17,518 nucleotides of DNA from Chloroflexota bacterium (GCA_039933275.1 JBDTOK010000033.1:1-17518), one strand, 5' to 3'. Counted from the first letter of the stretch, positions 7,338 to 15,298 are shown. Program-made: numbers and translations. Notes: generated from the letters alone by a model not told the origin.

Positions 7338-8809
7338 TACGCCACTCCCCGTCGCAGCAGCCGCCCGGCGTCCGTCACTGTCTGCTTACCGTTCTCCGCG
7401 GCCACGACGCCGTTCACCAGCACGTAGTCGATACCCTTCGGGTACTGGCGAGGCTGCTGATACGTGGCGATGTCCTCGATCGTTTGTGGATCGAAGACGA
7501 CGACATCGGCGAACGCGCCCTCGACCAGCCGCCCTCGGTCCGCGAGCTGGAAGCGGTCCGCCGGCAGCGAGGTCATCTTGCGCACAGCCTCCTCCAGCGA
7601 GAGCAGGCCCTCCTCGCGGACGTAACGCTGGATGACGCGAGGGAAGGTGCCGTAGAGGCGCGGGTGCGGCTTACCGCCCGGTGTGGGCAGCCCATCCGAG
7701 CCGATCATGCACTCCGGCTGGCTCACCACCGTGCGGATGTCGCCTTCATCCATGATGAAGAATATCGCCGTGGCGCCGGGGCACTCGCGCAGCACGCGCT
7801 GGGGCGCTTGCTCCTTCGGCACGCCGAGAATCTGCGCCGCTTCCGTCAGCGTCTTCCCTTCGATCTGCTCCAGTCCCGGCGCGGAAGCGATCATCACCAG
7901 ATCGAAGTCCAACCCTTCGGCCGCTGCGGCGATCGCGCTGAGCACTGTGCTAGCCGCAGTGTAGGGGTACACATCGAACGTTATGTCCTGGCCAGCGGCG
8001 CGGCGCTCGTTCATCAGCGCGATCGTGTCGTGCACCTTGCCCCAAACCCGCGGCCCGCCCGCCTTATGGTGCGAAATCTGCACCGGCAGCCCCGCCTGCT
8101 CGCCAATCGTGATCGCTTCTTCGACCGCCGCCATCAGGTTCGTGTCCTCGTTGCGAATGTGGCTGACGTAAATGCCGCCGTGCTTGGCGGCGATCTGCGC
8201 GCAGGCGATGATTTCGTCTGTCCTGGCGAACGCGCCCGGCGGATAGATCAGCCCGGTCGAGAGGCCGACAGCGCCCGCAGCCATCCCGTCGTTGATGTGC
8301 TCCATCATTTGATCGAGCTCAGCATCCGTCGGAGCGCGCGAATTCAGCCCGAACGTCGCAAAGCGGACAGCACCGTGTGGCACCAGACAGGCGACGTTCG
8401 TGCCGTGCCCGCTCCCGGCGAGCACTTCCAGCCACTCCCCGAACGTCTCCCATGTAAGCTCCGGCATATCGCCGAGGACCGCGCCCATGATCATGTCCCG
8501 GCCCTCCGGGTTATACGGGGCGGTCCCGGCGCCGCAGTTGCCGACGACGTTTGTCGTGACGCCCTGCATCAGCTTGAAGTCCATCGGCGTAAGCATGCAG
8601 GCCACGTCATCGTGGGAGTGCACGTCGACAAACCCCGGCGACACCGCGCGATGGCTGGCGTCGATCACCCGCCCGGCTTCCGCCTGGCCCAGCTGCCCCA
8701 CCGCCGCAATCCGCTCGCCCCGAATGCCAACGTCCGCCCTCACCCCGGGCGCGGCCGTACCGTCATACACGGTGCCGCCGTGGATAAGGACATCGAACGT
8801 CTGGGGCAT
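7337..8809 (-). CDS. N-acyl-D-amino-acid deacylase (D-aminoacylase) family amidohydrolase. The start is at the ATG at 8809; the longer ORF-track N-terminus is spurious.
   Basis: From Met248 of the track ORF the translation reads 'MPQTFDVLIHGGTVYDGTAAPGVRADVGIRGERIAAVG...SPGFVDVHSHDD', which is the canonical D-aminoacylase/Amidohydro_3 N-terminus with an HxH metal site. The 247 residues upstream are Arg/Asp/His-rich antisense-type sequence overlapping the recQ upstream region. I see no clear SD. A less likely alternative start is the ATG at 8884. Confidence 0.75.
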   Translation of the reverse strand: MPQTFDVLIHGGTVYDGTAAPGVRADVGIRGERIAAVGQLGQAEAGRVIDASHRAVSPGFVDVHSHDDVACMLTPMDFKLMQGVTTNVVGNCGAGTAPYNPEGRDMIMGAVLGDMPELTWETFGEWLEVLAGSGHGTNVACLVPHGAVRFATFGLNSRAPTDAELDQMMEHINDGMAAGAVGLSTGLIYPPGAFARTDEIIACAQIAAKHGGIYVSHIRNEDTNLMAAVEEAITIGEQAGLPVQISHHKAGGPRVWGKVHDTIALMNERRAAGQDITFDVYPYTAASTVLSAIAAAAEGLDFDLVMIASAPGLEQIEGKTLTEAAQILGVPKEQAPQRVLRECPGATAIFFIMDEGDIRTVVSQPECMIGSDGLPTPGGKPHPRLYGTFPRVIQRYVREEGLLSLEEAVRKMTSLPADRFQLADRGRLVEGAFADVVVFDPQTIEDIATYQQPRQYPKGIDYVLVNGVVAAENGKQTVTDAGRLLRRGVA

Positions 8810-8935
8810 AGCGTGGGCAAACTTACCGCAATCGCCGCGTTTCTCGCAACAGAACCGTTGTTTGCCCTCACCCCCAACAAACATGTGCCATTTACCCATT
8901 GCCCGGCCATCCGGCCCCAGTGGATGCTGCGAAGC

Positions 8936-11314
8936 ATGGACGAAACCGAGGCCCAGGGCGCGGCTGTAAGCGCCCCCGCTGAATACGAAACCGATGACGC
9001 CGCCGCGCTCGATGCGCTGGCCGCCCAGTACGACGTCGGGCCGGAATGCTCGCTCGGCGTCGAGGACGACGGCGCCGATGGCATGCGAGACGCTGCCCTC
9101 ATCGACGGCAAGCCAGACCTGTCGCTGGTCCTTAAGCGCTACTTCGGCTTCGACGACTTCCGCCCGCTGCAGGGCCAAATCGTCGACGATTGCCTCGCCG
9201 GCCGCGACGTCGTCGCGCTCATGCCCACGGGCGGCGGCAAATCGCTCTGTTACCAGCTGCCGGCGCTTGTGCGGCCGGGCCTGACGGTCGTCGTCTCGCC
9301 CCTGATCGCACTGATGAAGGACCAGGCCGATTTCCTGCGCTCGCGGAACGTGCCGGTCGCCGTGATCAACTCTGCGCAGCCGCCGCAAGTGACCCAGCGT
9401 GTGCTGGAGGGCCTCGACCGCGGCGCTTATCGACTGCTGTACGTCGCTCCTGAGCGGTTGATGATGCCGGCGTTCCTCGAGCGCATCAAGCGCTGGAACG
9501 TTGTGATGATCGCGATCGACGAGGCGCACTGCATCAGCGACTGGGGTCACGACTTCCGCCCGGAGTACCGCCAGCTCAGCGACCTGCGCCTGCGCTTTCC
9601 TGACGTGCCGCTGATGGCGCTGACGGCGACGGCGACCGACCGCGTGCGCGCCGACATCATCAACAACCTCGGCCTACGCGATCCGGGTGTCTACGTCGCC
9701 AGCTTCAACCGCCCGAATCTGACCTATCGCATCGAGCCGAAGACTGCACCCTACAACCGCCTCCTCGAGTTCCTGCAGAAGCGTCCAGAGCAGAGCGGCA
9801 TCGTCTACTGCTTCACGAGGCGGCAGACCGAAAGCCTAGCGGCTCGGCTGTCGGGCGACGGGTTCAAGGCTGTGCCGTACCACGCCGGCCTCGAGCAGCC
9901 TGTCCGCGCGAAGCACCAGGACCTCTTCTTGAAGGACGAGGTTCGCATCGTCTGCGCGACGATCGCGTTCGGGATGGGCGTGGACAAGCCCAACATCCGC
10001 TTCGTCGTGCATTACGACCTGCCCAAGAACATCGAAAGTTTTTACCAGGAGACGGGCCGCGCGGGCCGTGACGGTGACACCGCCGACTGTCTGCTGTTCT
10101 TCTCGAAGGCGGACGTCATCAACCACGAGCGCCGCATCGACGAGAAGGCGACCGCCAAGGAGCAAGCCGTCGGGCGCGCACAGCTCGATGCCCTCGTCGC
10201 GTTTGCGGAGTCCGATGCCTGTCGGCGACGCCAGCTTCTCGCCTACTTCGGCGAGACGTTCGCAGGCGAGAACTGCGCTGGCTGCGACAACTGCCTCGGC
10301 GACAAGATGTCGCTGGTTCAAGCGCAAACGGGCAGGTCTAAAGACACTGCAGCTACTGTGAGCGGCCCGATCGAAGACCGCACGGCGGACGCGCGCAAGT
10401 TCATCGCCTGCCTGGACGACATACTTTCGAACAGCCGCTTTGGCGTCGGCGTCACGCACGTCACGGAGGTGCTGTTTGGCTCGGCGTCCGAGAAGATCAA
10501 GCGCCTGGGCCACGAAAAGCTCGCGACGTATGCCTCCGGAAAGACGCAGAGCCGGCCGGAGTGGACGCACATCGGAAAGCATCTCGTCGCGCAAGGCTTT
10601 CTGGCGCAGGCGACGGACGGGATGCCGCTGCTCATCATCACCGGCCGCGGCCGCGCGCTGCTGTCGGGCGAGGGCACCGTCAGCCTGCCTTCGCGCACAC
10701 AAGCACCGGCTTCCGGCGACTGCGACACCGCCCTCTTCGAGAAGCTGCGGCGCTTGCGAATGGATCTGGCGCAGAAGGCCGAGCAACCTGCGTTCGTCAT
10801 CTTCAGCGACGCTGCGCTGCGGCAGATGGCACGCACGTACCCGACGACGCCCGACGCCTTCCGGCGCATTTCCGGCGTCGGCGAACGAAAGATGGGGGAG
10901 CTGGGGGCGACTTTCATGGCCGCGATTGCGGAGCACCTGCAGTCCTGCGAACGCCAACAGTTCGGCGAGCGCAACGAGCAACCGGCGCTGTTCCAACCGA
11001 AAGCGCTTGGCGACTCCGAGCACGATACGTTGCGGCGGTTCCGCTCCGGCCAGCCGGTCGAAGCAATCGCTCGCGAGCGCGGTATCAAGGAGACGACAGT
11101 GCTCGGGCATCTCAGTTCGGCGGCGGAGTCCGGCGAAGACGTCCCGATCGAGGCGTTCCTGCCGCGCGAGGCGGAACCGGAGATCGCGGCAGCGTTCCGT
11201 GAGCTCGGCTGGGCGAACCTCACCGGCGTGCACGAGCGGCTAGGCGGGCGCTTTGAGTACCCGGTGCTGCGGATGTTTCGCGCACGACAGAGGTTGGCTG
11301 GCGCGAGTGCGTAG
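8936..11314 (+). CDS. recQ: ATP-dependent DNA helicase RecQ, with helicase, Zn-binding, RQC winged-helix and HRDC domains plus a C-terminal HTH-containing extension. The start is uncertain; the ATGs at 8924, 8936 and 9083 are all in frame.
   Basis: Motifs seen: 'FGFDDFRPLQGQIVDDCLAGRDVVALMPTGGGKSLCYQLPALV' (Q-motif and Walker A), 'IDEAHCISDWGHDFRPEY', a Zn cluster 'CRRRQLLAYFGETFAGENCAGCDNC', and an HRDC-like 'ALFEKLRRLRMDLAQKAEQPAFVIFSDAALRQMARTYPTTPDAFRRISGVG'. The extra C-terminal ~150 aa contain 'GIKETTVLGHLSSAA' and resemble the HTH domain appended to some bacterial RecQs. The ~1.4 kb of track ORF upstream of 8924 is antisense to the D-aminoacylase and is not coding. GC3 stays high between 8936 and 9082. 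Confidence 0.8.
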   Translation: MDETEAQGAAVSAPAEYETDDAAALDALAAQYDVGPECSLGVEDDGADGMRDAALIDGKPDLSLVLKRYFGFDDFRPLQGQIVDDCLAGRDVVALMPTGGGKSLCYQLPALVRPGLTVVVSPLIALMKDQADFLRSRNVPVAVINSAQPPQVTQRVLEGLDRGAYRLLYVAPERLMMPAFLERIKRWNVVMIAIDEAHCISDWGHDFRPEYRQLSDLRLRFPDVPLMALTATATDRVRADIINNLGLRDPGVYVASFNRPNLTYRIEPKTAPYNRLLEFLQKRPEQSGIVYCFTRRQTESLAARLSGDGFKAVPYHAGLEQPVRAKHQDLFLKDEVRIVCATIAFGMGVDKPNIRFVVHYDLPKNIESFYQETGRAGRDGDTADCLLFFSKADVINHERRIDEKATAKEQAVGRAQLDALVAFAESDACRRRQLLAYFGETFAGENCAGCDNCLGDKMSLVQAQTGRSKDTAATVSGPIEDRTADARKFIACLDDILSNSRFGVGVTHVTEVLFGSASEKIKRLGHEKLATYASGKTQSRPEWTHIGKHLVAQGFLAQATDGMPLLIITGRGRALLSGEGTVSLPSRTQAPASGDCDTALFEKLRRLRMDLAQKAEQPAFVIFSDAALRQMARTYPTTPDAFRRISGVGERKMGELGATFMAAIAEHLQSCERQQFGERNEQPALFQPKALGDSEHDTLRRFRSGQPVEAIARERGIKETTVLGHLSSAAESGEDVPIEAFLPREAEPEIAAAFRELGWANLTGVHERLGGRFEYPVLRMFRARQRLAGASA
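10333..10356 (+). repeat. Copy A of a duplicated 24-nt motif, CAGGTCTAAAGACACTGCAGCTAC, located inside the recQ CDS.
   Basis: It is 22/24 identical to 11403-11426. It contains a GTCT-NN-AGAC inverted repeat and a CTGCAG. It encodes 'RSKDTAAT' in a variable linker between the Zn-binding and RQC regions. Confidence 0.5.
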
Positions 11315-11402
11315 GCTGGGAGCGGATAAACAGAGCAGTCGACAGCGATGTTCGGGCCGATTATCCGTTTGGTGGGTTGACGTCGCTGGAATAGGCGACG
11401 CG

Positions 11403-11426
11403 CAGGTCTGAAGACGCTGCAGCTAC
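11403..11426 (+). repeat. Copy B of the duplicated 24-nt motif, CAGGTCTGAAGACGCTGCAGCTAC, in the recQ-holA intergenic region.
   Basis: It differs from copy A by two transitions. It is preceded by the hairpin CGTCGC-tggaatag-GCGACG (11381-11400) and followed by the T-rich GTTTCCTTTGG and the holA RBS. Confidence 0.5.
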
Positions 11427-11454
11427 GTTTCCTTTGGTGCTAGTCTGAGGGCTG

Positions 11455-12507
11455 ATGCTCTACGTCATTTATGGCAGCGATTCGCTTGGCCGGCGGGAGG
11501 CGTTTGACAAGCTGAAGGCGGAGCTGGACACGGACGGCTCGCTGGCCACGAACCACGTGACCTTCGACGCCAAGACAGCATCGCCGCAGGAGGTGATGGC
11601 GGCGTGCGACGCGATGCCGTTTCTCGGCGCCCATCGACTCGTCGTGATTGAGGGCTTCCTGAAACAGGGCGCTCGATTGAAGAAGGTCCTCAAGCGTGGG
11701 GCGAGAGCGAAAGCGCCCGAACCAGACGACGGCGCGAGCGACGACGAAGATGACGGAGGGCGCTGGGCCGTCCTCGCCGAATACGTCCCGCGCATGCCTG
11801 AGACGACAACACTAGTCCTGCTGGACGACGAGGTGTCCGCCGCCAACGTCTTGCTGAAGGCCATCGGGCAGCTGGGAAAGGTCGTGCATTGCACGCTGCC
11901 CAACGAGAAGGCGTTGCCGGAATGGGTGTCCTCGCGCGCAAAGACGATCGGGCTCAAGCTTGAGCCACGCGCCGCGAAAACCCTCGCTGAGCTGATTGGC
12001 CCCGACCCGATGGTCTTGTCGAGTGAGCTCGAAAAGCTGCTTGCGTACTCCGCTGGTGCCGTCGTGCGCGACGCAGATGTGCGGGAGCTGGTCAGCCGCG
12101 CGAAGGAGCACAAGGGCTGGGAGCTGGCGGACGCGGTGCTCGAAGGTCAGGGAGCGAAGGCCGCACGCATCCTGCAAGAGCTGCTCGAAGACGGGGCCGT
12201 CGCGCCGGTGCTGCTTTCCACTGTCGCCGGGCGCTACCGGCGCATCGCCATCGTGCGAGACATGCTCGCGCGCGGCGAGCCTGGGACCGCGATCGCGCGC
12301 CGGATCAACGCGAACATCGGATGGGGTTTCGACAAACTAGTCGAGCAGGCGCAACGGACGCCCGACCGGGCCATTCGCACCGCTTACGCGCGCCTCATCC
12401 AGGCGGAGCTCGACCTCAAGCGCGGCCTCATGGACGAACGTCTGGCGATCGAACTGGCGGTGCAGGAGCTGGCCTCGGCCCCTATGGTGACGGCGCAGTC
12501 CCGGTGA
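11455..12507 (+). CDS. holA: DNA polymerase III delta subunit (HolA).
   Basis: It has the N-terminal 'MLYVIYGSDSLGRREAFDKLKAEL' pattern (Y-x-x-G-E/D-x...L) typical of delta subunits. It is 350 aa with an acidic linker insertion (PEPDDGASDDEDDGG). GAGGG sits 8 nt upstream of the ATG. Confidence 0.65.
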   Translation: MLYVIYGSDSLGRREAFDKLKAELDTDGSLATNHVTFDAKTASPQEVMAACDAMPFLGAHRLVVIEGFLKQGARLKKVLKRGARAKAPEPDDGASDDEDDGGRWAVLAEYVPRMPETTTLVLLDDEVSAANVLLKAIGQLGKVVHCTLPNEKALPEWVSSRAKTIGLKLEPRAAKTLAELIGPDPMVLSSELEKLLAYSAGAVVRDADVRELVSRAKEHKGWELADAVLEGQGAKAARILQELLEDGAVAPVLLSTVAGRYRRIAIVRDMLARGEPGTAIARRINANIGWGFDKLVEQAQRTPDRAIRTAYARLIQAELDLKRGLMDERLAIELAVQELASAPMVTAQSR

Positions 12508-13159
12508 TCGGCGGCGTCGCGGTGCCACCGCCGGAGGGTGTAGGCGTTCGTCGCGGGAACTTCTCACGCATCGCCGCCTCGCTTGCAAAGTAGATGAGAA
12601 CCTGATCTCCGTCGTGAGGAATGTATTCCGGTGGCACGCGTTGCCCGTTGACCATGATGTATATCTGGCCAGGGCGCCCATCACCCGGCACGGCATCGCC
12701 GGCGTGAACCGTCGCCGAAAAACCAGGCTCACGCATGACAGTCTCCGTTAGCTCGCCGCCGCCGTACTCGAACCACTTGTTGAGCGCAGCGCCACGCCCT
12801 TGCTCTGCTGGCGTGAACGGGTGCATGTGGATTATCCCATCGCCGTGCGTGTGGATCCCGACACCTTCCCACGTCGGCGCGTTTGGTTGCCGATCGTCGC
12901 CGATGTAGATGGCATACGACGCGTGCCAGTGATCTACGCCGATGAGAGGAGTCGAACCAGCGTCAAACTCGGCGACAGCAAGCGGATCATCCGACGAGAT
13001 AGTGAGGCCATTGCTCGTCGAAGGCGTGCCGTCCGAGGCGAACAAAACATACGCGATCATTAGCACGCCCGTGGCAGCGGCCGCGACGAGCACGGCCAGC
13101 GCGAACTTTAGCCGCAGCGGCCACGACTCGTGCGGTGCCGCCTGCGTTTTCGTGATCAC
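12482..13159 (-). CDS. Hypothetical membrane-anchored protein (one N-terminal TM) with a His-rich extracytoplasmic domain and a Pro/Thr-rich tail. Family unknown.
   Basis: The GTG start at 13159 overlaps the upstream gene's stop (GTGA). The TM is 'LKFALAVLVAAAATGVLMIAYVLFA'. His-rich motifs are 'VDHWHASYAIYIGDD' and 'GVGIHTHGDGIIHMHPF'. The 3' end overlaps holA convergently by 26 nt. Confidence 0.55.
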   Translation of the reverse strand: MITKTQAAPHESWPLRLKFALAVLVAAAATGVLMIAYVLFASDGTPSTSNGLTISSDDPLAVAEFDAGSTPLIGVDHWHASYAIYIGDDRQPNAPTWEGVGIHTHGDGIIHMHPFTPAEQGRGAALNKWFEYGGGELTETVMREPGFSATVHAGDAVPGDGRPGQIYIMVNGQRVPPEYIPHDGDQVLIYFASEAAMREKFPRRTPTPSGGGTATPPITGTAPSP

Positions 13160-14310
13160 TTTAGCGAGGCATACACCGCGACCATCATCGGCCGCCAGCG
13201 CGGGTCTTCCAGCGAGTCCTTTAGCGGGTTGAGCATACGGTTCATCGTGTAGCCGAAGCCGAGGCCGGCGTCAGGATCGGCGAAGCCCATTGAGCCACCG
13301 GCGCCGCTGTGGCCGAAGTTGCGCGCGCCGTTACCCATCGGGTACTTCGGTGACGACAGCACGAAGCCGAGCCCGATCCTCGCCTGGATGCCCATCACAA
13401 CGTCCGTCGAGTTCGATTGCTCCTCTATCGCCCGCGCGAGCGTCTCTTCGCGTAGGATTTTGCCCGTCGCCAGCGCGCCGTAAAACGCCGCGACGGAACG
13501 GCCGTTGCCATGGCCGTTTGCGGCGGGGATCTCGGCGGCGCGCCACTCCCGCGTGTTCACGATGCCCGGCATCAGGAGGTCCGGTGGGTTAAACGCGAGC
13601 TTGAACTGTATCGACTCGGGGTCACTCATTTGCCTGGCGAAATAAGCCTCCGTGTCCGGCTCGGCGGGGATGACCTCGGCGATGCGGTGGTCTTCTGACG
13701 CGGGCGTCCCGATCCGGAAATCGAGACCCAGCGGCTCCGCTATCGTCTCGAGGAAGTACGTGCCCGGCGATTTGTCGGTGATGCGCCGGATCACCTCGCC
13801 GACGAGCCATCCGTAGGTCAGCGCGTGGTAGCCGGTGGCGGTGCCGGGCTCCCACCACGGCTTCTGCTTCGCCAGCGCGTTCGTCATCACGTCCCACTTG
13901 AACGCCGAACCCATCGGCAACACCTCGCTGTTGATCGCGGCGAGGCCTGCCTGGTGGCTGAGGAGGTAGCGCACCGGAAGCGACTCTTTGCCCGCCTGCG
14001 CAAATTCCGGCCAGTACTTCGCGACCGGCGCATCGATGTCGAGCTGGCCTTCTTCAACGAGACGGTGGGCGCAAGCGGCGACGATGCCCTTCGTCGTCGA
14101 CCAGACGTTGACGATCGTGTCCTGCTCCCACGGTTTCGTGCGGGCGGCGTCCGCATGCCCGCCCCAGATATCAACGACCGGTTTGCCGTCGATATAAACG
14201 CTAAGCGCGGCGCCGACTTCGCCAAAGCGGTCGAAGTTCTCGCGGAAAGCGTCTTCGACTGCGCGGAAGCGAGAGTCGGTTTTGCCAGAGAAGTTGGTCG
14301 TTGTCGTCAT
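13156..14310 (-). CDS. Serine hydrolase of the beta-lactamase / class-C esterase / penicillin-binding-protein-like family. The start is the ATG at 14310.
   Basis: 'NVWSTTKGIVAACAH' carries the SxxK active-site motif, in a beta-lactamase-family fold context. A strong GGAGGTG RBS sits 7 nt upstream of the ATG at 14310. The 72 residues upstream in the track ORF are Arg-rich and have no RBS. Confidence 0.75.
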   Translation of the reverse strand: MTTTTNFSGKTDSRFRAVEDAFRENFDRFGEVGAALSVYIDGKPVVDIWGGHADAARTKPWEQDTIVNVWSTTKGIVAACAHRLVEEGQLDIDAPVAKYWPEFAQAGKESLPVRYLLSHQAGLAAINSEVLPMGSAFKWDVMTNALAKQKPWWEPGTATGYHALTYGWLVGEVIRRITDKSPGTYFLETIAEPLGLDFRIGTPASEDHRIAEVIPAEPDTEAYFARQMSDPESIQFKLAFNPPDLLMPGIVNTREWRAAEIPAANGHGNGRSVAAFYGALATGKILREETLARAIEEQSNSTDVVMGIQARIGLGFVLSSPKYPMGNGARNFGHSGAGGSMGFADPDAGLGFGYTMNRMLNPLKDSLEDPRWRPMMVAVYASLK

Positions 14311-14354
14311 GAGTGTGCACCTCCGGCGAGTAGGGTACCAGACTACGGCGTACC

Positions 14355-15206
14355 CTACTTCGTCCCGTGGCCAATCATCGCCAGGCCCGGCAACTTCACC
14401 GGCTTGCTGGCGTCTCCTCCGGACGCCTCTGCGGCCACTTCTGCGGCGATCTTCTGCCTCATCTCGTCCGGCAGCTTGCCTAGGACCGTCCGGACAGGCC
14501 CAGAGAACTCGCTGATGTACGACCAATAGTCGTGGCCGTTATCGAATTCGGCCATCGTGACGGCTATCTCTTCGAGCTGGACGTCCTTGAAGCCCGCGGC
14601 TGAAAGCACGTCGGGCAACCGCTTCGGGTCTGCGAACGAGAACACTCCCGGGGCGCCCGGCGGTGGCGGCGGCACTTCGGTGTAGCGGGATGCGACAGCC
14701 ATCGGCAGCGAGATCGCGCGGTTCTGCTGCGGGCTCGCCCAGACCGCCATCACGGCGCGGCCGCCTGGCTTCAGCGCGCGGTACGCCTCTTTGGCGAACG
14801 CGTCTGGCCTCGGCATGAACATGATCCCCCAGCGGCAGGTCACCGCATCGAACGACCCGTCATCGACCGGAAGCTGCTCGCCGTCCGCGACACGGAATTC
14901 GATGTTCGGTACGCCGCGCTCTTTCGCCATCTCGCGCGCCACCTCCAGCATCTCTTCGGCAAGATCAGTGGCGAGTACGAAGCCGTCGGGAGCAACACGC
15001 TCCGCGGCCGGTATCGCCGGCTCCCCCGTACCGCATGCGACGTCGAGCACCCGCTTGCCCGGCGCCAGCTCCGCAAGATCGAGCATGCGGTCTCGCACCA
15101 TACCGGTCCCCTTCTGGAGCTGGTCATCGTACTTCTTCCATGCGGGAGCCGCGCTGCCCCACTCTTTGCGCATCTGGTCCTTGACCTGCTCAACGTTCTG
15201 AGTCAT
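14355..15206 (-). CDS. Class I SAM-dependent methyltransferase.
   Basis: It has the 'RVLDVACGTGEPA' glycine-rich SAM-binding motif I and a downstream acidic 'FVLATDLAEEML' motif II. An AGGAGGAG RBS sits upstream of the ATG at 15206. Confidence 0.8.
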   Translation of the reverse strand: MTQNVEQVKDQMRKEWGSAAPAWKKYDDQLQKGTGMVRDRMLDLAELAPGKRVLDVACGTGEPAIPAAERVAPDGFVLATDLAEEMLEVAREMAKERGVPNIEFRVADGEQLPVDDGSFDAVTCRWGIMFMPRPDAFAKEAYRALKPGGRAVMAVWASPQQNRAISLPMAVASRYTEVPPPPPGAPGVFSFADPKRLPDVLSAAGFKDVQLEEIAVTMAEFDNGHDYWSYISEFSGPVRTVLGKLPDEMRQKIAAEVAAEASGGDASKPVKLPGLAMIGHGTK

Positions 15207-15249
15207 CCGTCTCCTCCTGTCGCTCTCGTGTCGCGATGCGCAGTATACA

Positions 15250-15290
15250 GAGGGGCCGAGGACAAGTCCTCGGCCCCAGGTCTGATTCTG
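15250..15290 (-). terminator. Candidate intrinsic terminator after leuA: a perfect 10-bp stem GGGGCCGAGG / CCTCGGCCCC with a 6-nt loop, followed on the minus strand by a weak U-rich tract (CUCUGUAUACU).
   Basis: Stem 15252-15261 and 15268-15277, between the leuA stop (15299) and the methyltransferase start (15206). The U-tract is weak, so it may be rho-dependent or simply a stabilising hairpin. Confidence 0.45.
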
Positions 15291-15298
15291 TGAGTCGC

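Noticed and set aside
7484-8923. A ~480-aa N-terminal extension of the recQ ORF in the track, giving 1276 aa from 7484.
   Set aside because: It is an Arg/His-rich antisense shadow of the D-aminoacylase gene. RecQ motifs begin only after 8936.
8810-9550. A 247-aa N-terminal extension of the D-aminoacylase ORF, running from 9550.
   Set aside because: It is antisense to the recQ 5' region and the divergent intergenic region. The canonical deacylase N-terminus starts at the Met at 8809.
9836-11243. Long ORFs antisense or out of frame within recQ (9836..11233 at 465 aa, 10318..11223, 10440..11243, 10561..11202).
   Set aside because: They are Arg/Ala-rich high-GC artefacts. The recQ frame carries all helicase, Zn, RQC and HRDC motifs.
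11376-11400. A possible holA promoter: a TTGACG -35-like hexamer at 11377-11382.
   Set aside because: There is no acceptable -10 hexamer at 16-19 nt spacing. The sequence forms part of a hairpin (CGTCGC…GCGACG) instead.
14311-14526. A 72-aa N-terminal extension of the serine hydrolase ORF.
   Set aside because: It is Arg-rich and overlaps the methyltransferase 3' end. A strong GGAGGTG RBS precedes the internal ATG at 14310, where the conserved fold begins.
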